DNA of 64,000 nucleotides. Source: Chrysemys picta bellii. Its lineage: Eukaryota. Each line of letters opens with the position of its first letter. Positions within the stretch are counted from its first letter, which is position 1. Below the pieces are notes generated by a model that ran no database searches, was not told where the DNA came from, and worked only from the letters and a program-made list of their open reading frames with translations. The position numbers and the translations under genes are program-made. The stretch spans positions 1,178,001-1,242,000 of the forward strand of contig NC_088809.1 in assembly GCF_011386835.1 (NCBI RefSeq), in the 5' to 3' direction. This document shows, one piece after another, positions 58,201-64,000 of this stretch.

Positions 58201-61123
58201 GGGGCAATTTGGTTTTGAAATGATAATTGTAAGGCAAAATTACAGAGGTCTATAAAATATACAGAGAAAGCTATATGATCCTATCTACTTTGTCCCATAC
58301 CACAAGAACAAGGGAACATTTGAGGACATTATAAGACAATAGGATAAAAATAAATAAAACACAAAACACCTTTGTGCACAGTTTGTAATCAGCTTGTGTA
58401 TCTCATTGCTGTAAAATAACGTAGTAGGATCCAAAGGAGGACTAGACTTTTATATGAATCAGAACGGAATCTGCAGTGATAAGAGGTGGGATAAATTACA
58501 AAGATTATTGATCCTCAAGCTTAAGGATGTTAACTGATCACTATCTGGGCTCAAAAATAAATTATCTCCCAGGCGACAGGGTTATACGATTAGCTGTTCC
58601 CCCAGGTCACTATCACCCCAATTTCAGATCTGCTCAGCTGGGCAAAGTTCATCTCATCTTGTGTTAAGGGCCCTCTGCTCATGCATGGCCTTGGTACCAT
58701 TCTGTAATGATGATCAGCATAGGATGTACTGTACATCACAAGCCGAAAGCTCTGTGCTGCTATTCTCCCCTAGTGCTAATGGCAGGCACTGTACTTCGTT
58801 TCCTAGCAAAGAGGGCTCTCTCTCTAAGGAGATCCACCACTGGAAATGCTCACCCTGGCCATGCCCTGTACCCCAGCCCAGGACACATTAGCTAGTCAAC
58901 AGCTAATTAAAGCATTTGCCCAGAGGAACAGGAGCTGACAGGACAGTCTTTATACCATAATAAAACCTATACAGAATTCCAGCCACAGCATGGAATGGTC
59001 TTCATTGGAGTCACGAATGGATCCTGCCAAACACACTGTTGCAATATGTATCTTTTTCTCCTGGAAACCTCTCCTCCTCTTTTCTCTCCATCCTCTCTTT
59101 TCGCTCCCTCTTCTTCCCTGACTTTCATCCTTCCTCCTCCCCTGAGAAGAATCCTGGGCTAGTGGTGAATTTACATGCAAACAAAATCCAGGCCATTAAG
59201 TGACTGAGAGAATTGAAGATAATTTTGTCCTTCTTTGTGTCTGTGGGGTGGGAGAGAAATGGAGCACTTTGAGGAAAGACTTTGGGTCCTTGACTTCTGA
59301 AGTGAGCTTCACATCAATCCTCTTCATTGCAGGCTAATTATGGGCTTCATGTCTGTGACTGCATTCCTGTCCATGTGGATTAGCAATACTGCCACCACTG
59401 CCATGATGATACCAATAGCCCAAGCTGTACTGCAGCAGCTGCACAAGTCAGAGCAGGAGACCAGTCCAGTGGGGCCTGTGGCTGGGAGCATCAACAAAGC
59501 CTTTGAGCTGCAGGAGGTGCCAGATAAATCAGATGCCTCTCAAGAGACCCAAAAACAAGGTACGTAGCTGTAGGTGTTTTCTCCTTTAGGAGTAATGGTG
59601 GATATGCAGGTGCCTTCTCCATCTCCACATTAGGTGCTTCTGGCCTCAACATTCATCTCTGCTTCTAAATTTTAACTTCATAAGGGAGGAAGATGTCTGT
59701 GGCATCCAGACTATATCAGAGAAGATTTCTGATATGAGAGAACTCTTTAATCTAGAAAAAAAAAGGTATAATAAGATCCAGTTGATGGAAGCTGAAATCA
59801 GAAAAATTCAAACTGGAAATAAGGTGCAAATGTAAAGCGAGGGTAATTAATCTCTGGCGTAACTTTCATAGGGAGGTATCAAATTCTCCATCACTTGGAT
59901 TCCCTAAATCAAGTTGGTCGTCTTTCTAAAAATATACTGCACCTCAATCACAAATTATTGGGCTTGATACATGGATGGCAGTATGCAGTTCTCTGGCCTG
60001 TTTCATTAAGGAGGTCAGGTTGGAAGATCACAATGGTCTCCTACTGGCCTTAAAATCTCTGAATTTGTGAACAGGCAGCTCCCTTTCTTTATCAGCCTTC
60101 CTCTTCTTTCCTGACCCCTTGATTCTACTCAAGTGTCCTTGAATTTGAATCACAAGCTTTTCTTAATCAGGTCCTGATGTGGGATGAGCTGCCTGTTCTC
60201 CGGTTGCCTGTGTTCCTGAATGCGTTTTCTTCTCCCACTCCCCCTCGCCCCGTTCAGACATTGCTGATTCCAGTTACTAGTGTAGCCACGTGGTGTTATC
60301 AAACATCCACATTTTGTGTATTATTCCAATGTTCTAAAAAAAAAACTGTTTTGGGATTTCGTATCAATGCAAACATTAAATGGGACTGAGGCTCAGAGAA
60401 CTGCCAAAGTCTGCCCTGAAATGACCATGTCTCGATACCTTTCCTCACCTTGGGATAGCCTGTTGTTCCTAAACTGGGAATACTGTGTTGTGCAGGCACA
60501 ACAACCTTCCCCATTCCTGTCTAGCCCAGCTTGTGTAACTCTTCTCCTGTTCCTGCCTCTGCACCCAGATAACGGACATGTGCTCACAGTGGAGGAAGAA
60601 GAGAAACTGAAAGATCTGAAGCAGCTGGAAGAGGAGAAGCACCTGACATTTTGCAAGGGAATGAGCCTCTCTGTTTGTTATGCGGCCAGTATTGGAGGGA
60701 TCGCAACCTTGACTGGTACTACCCCCAACCTGGTGATGAAGGGACAGATGGATGAGTGAGTACAGAGGGGTTTGGGACTGCACCCCCAGAATTGCTGTCT
60801 GTTAGTAGTAACCTTGGGCTGGGGCTAAGCTGCAGCCAAAACAGAGAAGGAAAAAGTAAATTTGACGCCGTTCTGAGGAAGGGAGAACCCGGACAAGCTC
60901 ATTTTTGGTCTGGCCCCACAGCCCCCTCTCCTCTCTGGGCCACAGATTATGAGACAGAAATGAGTGCAGTTGTTGTAGTGACATCTGTTTATACTTCCAG
61001 GCTCTTTCCTGGCAATAACAATGTGGTGAACTTCGCTTCCTGGTTCATGTTTGCTTTCCCTACCATGATACTGTTGCTGGCTCTTTCCTGGATTTGGCTC
61101 CAGATAATGTTCTTGGGATTTGA
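49138..61123 (+). CDS. SLC13A2: Na(+)/dicarboxylate cotransporter NaDC1, partial: join(49138..49239,57134..57262,57587..57723,59333..59559,60569..60755,61001..61123); continues beyond window
   Basis: SLC13 motifs [51 protein letters not shown]; paralog assigned by synteny with SLC46A1 and N-terminal similarity. Confidence 0.92.
50140..50490 (-). mobile_element. MIR/CORE-SINE, apparently split by a later insertion
   Basis: tatccccattttacagat...ctgaggcacacagattaag, resuming at ttgcccagcatcacac...ggcagagatagaatccag. Confidence 0.6.
53035..53530 (-). mobile_element. CR1 LINE 3' fragment
   Basis: agagtttaatgccagaaggaaccattagatcatcta and ttccaatggttaatcaccctc...ccttatttctaatttgaattg. Confidence 0.8.
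54225..54575 (+). mobile_element. LF-SINE, near full length, in SLC13A2 intron 1
   Basis: Colinear matches to recalled LF-SINE consensus: ttttcactactaagtcacggcttcaaacccagcc, ttggtggatctcaattcagt, gaggccaaggactga...gccatggaga, gaagcttgcact. Confidence 0.7.
55610..56010 (+). mobile_element. Old L2-clade LINE 3' fragment
   Basis: [11 protein letters not shown] remnant and L2-like tail cccccttcaaatccctc. Confidence 0.5.
57134..57262 (+). CDS. SLC13A2: SLC13A2 exon 2
   Basis: [43 protein letters not shown]; 129 bp. Confidence 0.96.
57587..57723 (+). CDS. SLC13A2: SLC13A2 exon 3
   Basis: [45 protein letters not shown]; 137 bp. Confidence 0.96.
58240..58560 (+). mobile_element. Old CR1 3' fragment
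   Basis: acaagaacaagggaacatttga...aaaataaataaaac...ctttgtgcacag...aatcagcttgtg...ctcattgc resembles decayed CR1 ORF2 end. Confidence 0.5.
59333..59559 (+). CDS. SLC13A2: SLC13A2 exon 4 (first SNT motif)
   Basis: [33 protein letters not shown]...ETQKQ; 227 bp. Confidence 0.96.
59720..60065 (+). mobile_element. CR1 LINE 3' fragment
   Basis: gatggaagctgaaatcagaaaaattcaaactggaaataagg...ggccttaaaatctctgaa. Confidence 0.7.
60569..60755 (+). CDS. SLC13A2: SLC13A2 exon 5
   Basis: DNGHV...[33 protein letters not shown]; 187 bp. Confidence 0.95.
61001..61123 (+). CDS. SLC13A2: SLC13A2 exon 6
   Basis: [40 protein letters not shown]; 123 bp; donor GA|gtaagt. Confidence 0.96.
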
Positions 61124-61179
61124 GTAAGTACTTTATGCTCATTGAAACAAATATAAATTGATGCTTCTGCCATTGATCC

Positions 61180-61830
61180 TGTCACAGTTTCAGAGTAACT
61201 ACACCTGTATTCCCTGCTCTGTGATCTGCTCCAGGAGTTCCCAGTCACGTTTCAGGTCTCCAGCCACCTCCTGTTTCTGGGTAGGAATCCTTGTCCAACT
61301 CCCTTCTGACCAGGGGTTTTAAGGCTGCACACTCCCTGATCTATACTGTGATCTCCTTAGCAAGCCAGTCTGCCTAAAGGTCAGCACCTGGGCTTTGCTT
61401 TCTCTTCAAGTCTATGACCAGTTACAAGTTACCACTCAGCTTCTTCTAAGCAAGCATATTTATTCTGAATGTAAAAGCATTACAGAGAATGCATATAAAT
61501 ACAATAAAAGAAACTACTTGCATGGTAAAAAGCTGACCAGAGGTCACTCCCAACTTCAACATTGCCTCAAACCCCACTGCAGGATTTTCCCTGTGTTTAC
61601 ATGTTCAGAACAGTCTTTAGATCCAGAACCAGCATCCAGACTGAGCAGATCAGCTGTTTCTTTCTACAGCTGGGGCCTTTGATCTCCAATCTCCAGGAAC
61701 TGGTAATCACCCAGCAGTCACCTTCTCCTTTGGACATAGCTTCAAAAGAGGGTTTTGCATAATCAGAGAATTTGTATTATCCACTCCCCAAGGATTCCCC
61801 AGGAAATCCACTTACCACTTACCCATACAG
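61180..61830. mobile_element. Probable solo LTR-like repeat
   Basis: Starts TGTCACA; contains caagcatatttattct...aaaagcattacagagaa, which I recall from turtle LTR-type repeats; right end not defined. Confidence 0.45.
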
Positions 61831-61904
61831 GTAAGAACTGCAGAGAAACAGTCAAACAAAAAAGAGTCCCATTCAGTTCCATCACATGAAGGCAAACAAC
61901 TAAA

Positions 61905-63857
61905 TAGTGACCCATTTTAAGTGCTTGTATACAAATGCTAGTAGTCTAAATACTAAGATGGGTGAACTTGAGGGCCTGGTATTAAATGAGGATATTGATA
62001 TAACAGGCATCACAGAAACTTGGTGGAACGATGACAATCAATGGGAGACGGTAATACCAAGGTACAAAATATGCTCACACTCATGGGGGAGTGGCCCTAC
62101 ATGTGAAAGAAAATATAGAGTCAAATATAGTAAAAATGGACCAAACTGTACCATAGAATCTCTATGGAGAGAAATTCCCTGCTTGAATAATAAGCATATA
62201 GCAGAAGGAATATAGTACTGACTCCCTGACCAGGATGGTGATGGGACTGTGAAATGCTCAGGGAGATTAGAGAAGCTACAAAAAAAGAAAACGCCAAAAT
62301 AATGAGCGATTTCAACTATCCCCATATTGACTGGGGACATGTCACCTCAGAACAGGATGCAGAGATAAACTTTCTAGAATCATTAATGACTGCTTCTTGG
62401 GGCAGCTAGTCCTGGAATCCACAAGGGGAGAGGCAGTTCTTGACTCAGTCCTAAGTGGAGCACAGGATCTGGTCCAAGAGGTAACTATAGCTGAATTGGT
62501 AAGTAATAACGACCATAATGTAATTAAATTTAACATCCTCGTGGGGGGGAAATACCAAAGAAACCCACCACTGAAGCGTTTAACTTCAGAAAGGGGAACG
62601 ACACAAAAATGAAGAAAGTAGTTGAAAGGAAATTAAAAGGAACAATCCCAAGTGAAATGCCTGCAAGCTGCATGGAAACTCTTTAAAAACACCGTACTAG
62701 AAGGGCAAACTAAATGTATACCCTGAATAAAAATTAGAAGAAAAAAAATAAGAAGAAGATCAAAAAATTGTCACTATGCCTAAACAGCAGAGTAAAAGAG
62801 GCAGTTAGAGGCAAAAAGGCATCTTTGACTAACTGGAAGTCAAATCCTACTGAGGAAAACAGAAAGGAACATAAACGTTGGCAAGTCAAATGTAAAAGCA
62901 TAATTAGGCAGGCCAAAAAAAGAAGTTAAAGATCAGAGAAAGGGACACAAATACTAACAGCTAATAGTAGAAGCAGGAAGCCTGCCAAACCATCAGTGGG
63001 GGCACTGGAAGATCAAGGTGCTAAAGGAGCACTCAAGGAACACAAGACCATTGCAGAGAAAGTAAATGATTTCTTTGTATCATTCTTCACTGCAGAGGTT
63101 GTGGGGGAGATTCCCATACCTGTGCCATTCTTTTTAGGTGACAGATCTGAGGAACTGCCCCAGATTGAGGTGTCAGTAGAGGAGGTTTTGGAACAAATTG
63201 ATAAATTAAACAGTAAGAAGTCACCAGGGCCAGAGAGTATCACTCAGAGTTCTGAAGGAACTCCTAACTGTGGTATGTAACCTATCACTTAAATCAGCTT
63301 CTGTACCACATTTTTAAACAGCGATTTTTAAAAAAGGCTCCAGAGCTGCTCCTGGCAATTACCGGCCAATGAGCCTAACTTCAGTACCAGGTAACTATAA
63401 TAAAGAACAGAATTATCAGACAGATAGATGAATAAGATATGTGGGGGAAGAGTCAACACAACTTTTGAAAAGGGAAATCATCCCTCGCCAATCTATTTGA
63501 ATTCTTTCAGGGTATCAACAAGCATGTGAACAAAGGTGATTCAGTTGATATAGTGTACTTGGATTTTCAGAAAGCATTTGACAAGGTCCCACACTAAAAG
63601 CTTTTACGCAAAGTGAGCAGTCATGGGATAAGAGGGATGGTCCTCTCATGGATCAGTAACTGGTTAAAAGACAGAAAACGAAAAGTAGGAATAAATGGTC
63701 AGTTTTCACAATGGAAAGAGGCAAATAGGAGGGTCCCCCAGGGGTCTGTATTGGGACCAGTCCTAGTCAACATAGTCATAAATGATCTAGGAAAAGAGGT
63801 GAACAGGGAGGTGGGCAAAGTTTGCAGATGATGCTAAATTACTCAAAACAGTTAAGC
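61905..63857 (+). mobile_element. CR1 LINE ORF2 (endonuclease through RT), decayed
   Basis: FKCLYTNASSL...ITETWW, STRGEAVLDSVL, KSPGP, RVPQGSVLGP; many stops and frameshifts. Confidence 0.93.
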
Positions 63858-64000
63858 CAGGGGTCCCCAACGCGGTGCCCGCGGGCGCCATGGTGCCCGC
63901 TGGGGCATCTATGTGCGCCCGCGTCCTGGCTGGCGGATGAGCATCCGCCAAAATGGCGCTGACAAGCAGCGTCAACCAGAAGCGTCGCCGCCGAAATGCC
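63858..64000. mobile_element. hAT MITE inserted into the CR1, truncated by window end
   Basis: Left TIR CAGGGGTCCCCAAC followed by CpG-rich MITE body. Confidence 0.7.

Overview
Vertebrate genomic DNA, almost certainly a turtle (tortoise-type tRNA/CR1-tail SINE, Penelope-like repeats, CR1 LINEs, many hAT and Harbinger-like MITEs). It carries the conserved block VTN(-), SARM1(+), SLC46A1(-), SLC13A2(+; exons 1-6 only, continues past the window). All exons were placed by hand from GT-AG signals, phase continuity and recognisable protein sequence: VTN 437 aa, SARM1 729 aa, SLC46A1 460 aa. Main unexplained signal: a phase-consistent 5-exon plus-strand ORF at 221-2238 (244 aa, protein not recognised), tail-to-tail with VTN, with a stop-containing alternative acceptor. 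Other points: SARM1 reads TAC where the human stop lies (10-aa C-terminal extension), a hammerhead-ribozyme core in a Penelope repeat, a near full-length LF-SINE, G-rich minisatellites between the divergent VTN and SARM1 starts, and a GC-rich to AT-richer transition near 38 kb. Comparisons to human, chicken and repeat consensus sequences are from memory, not database searches.
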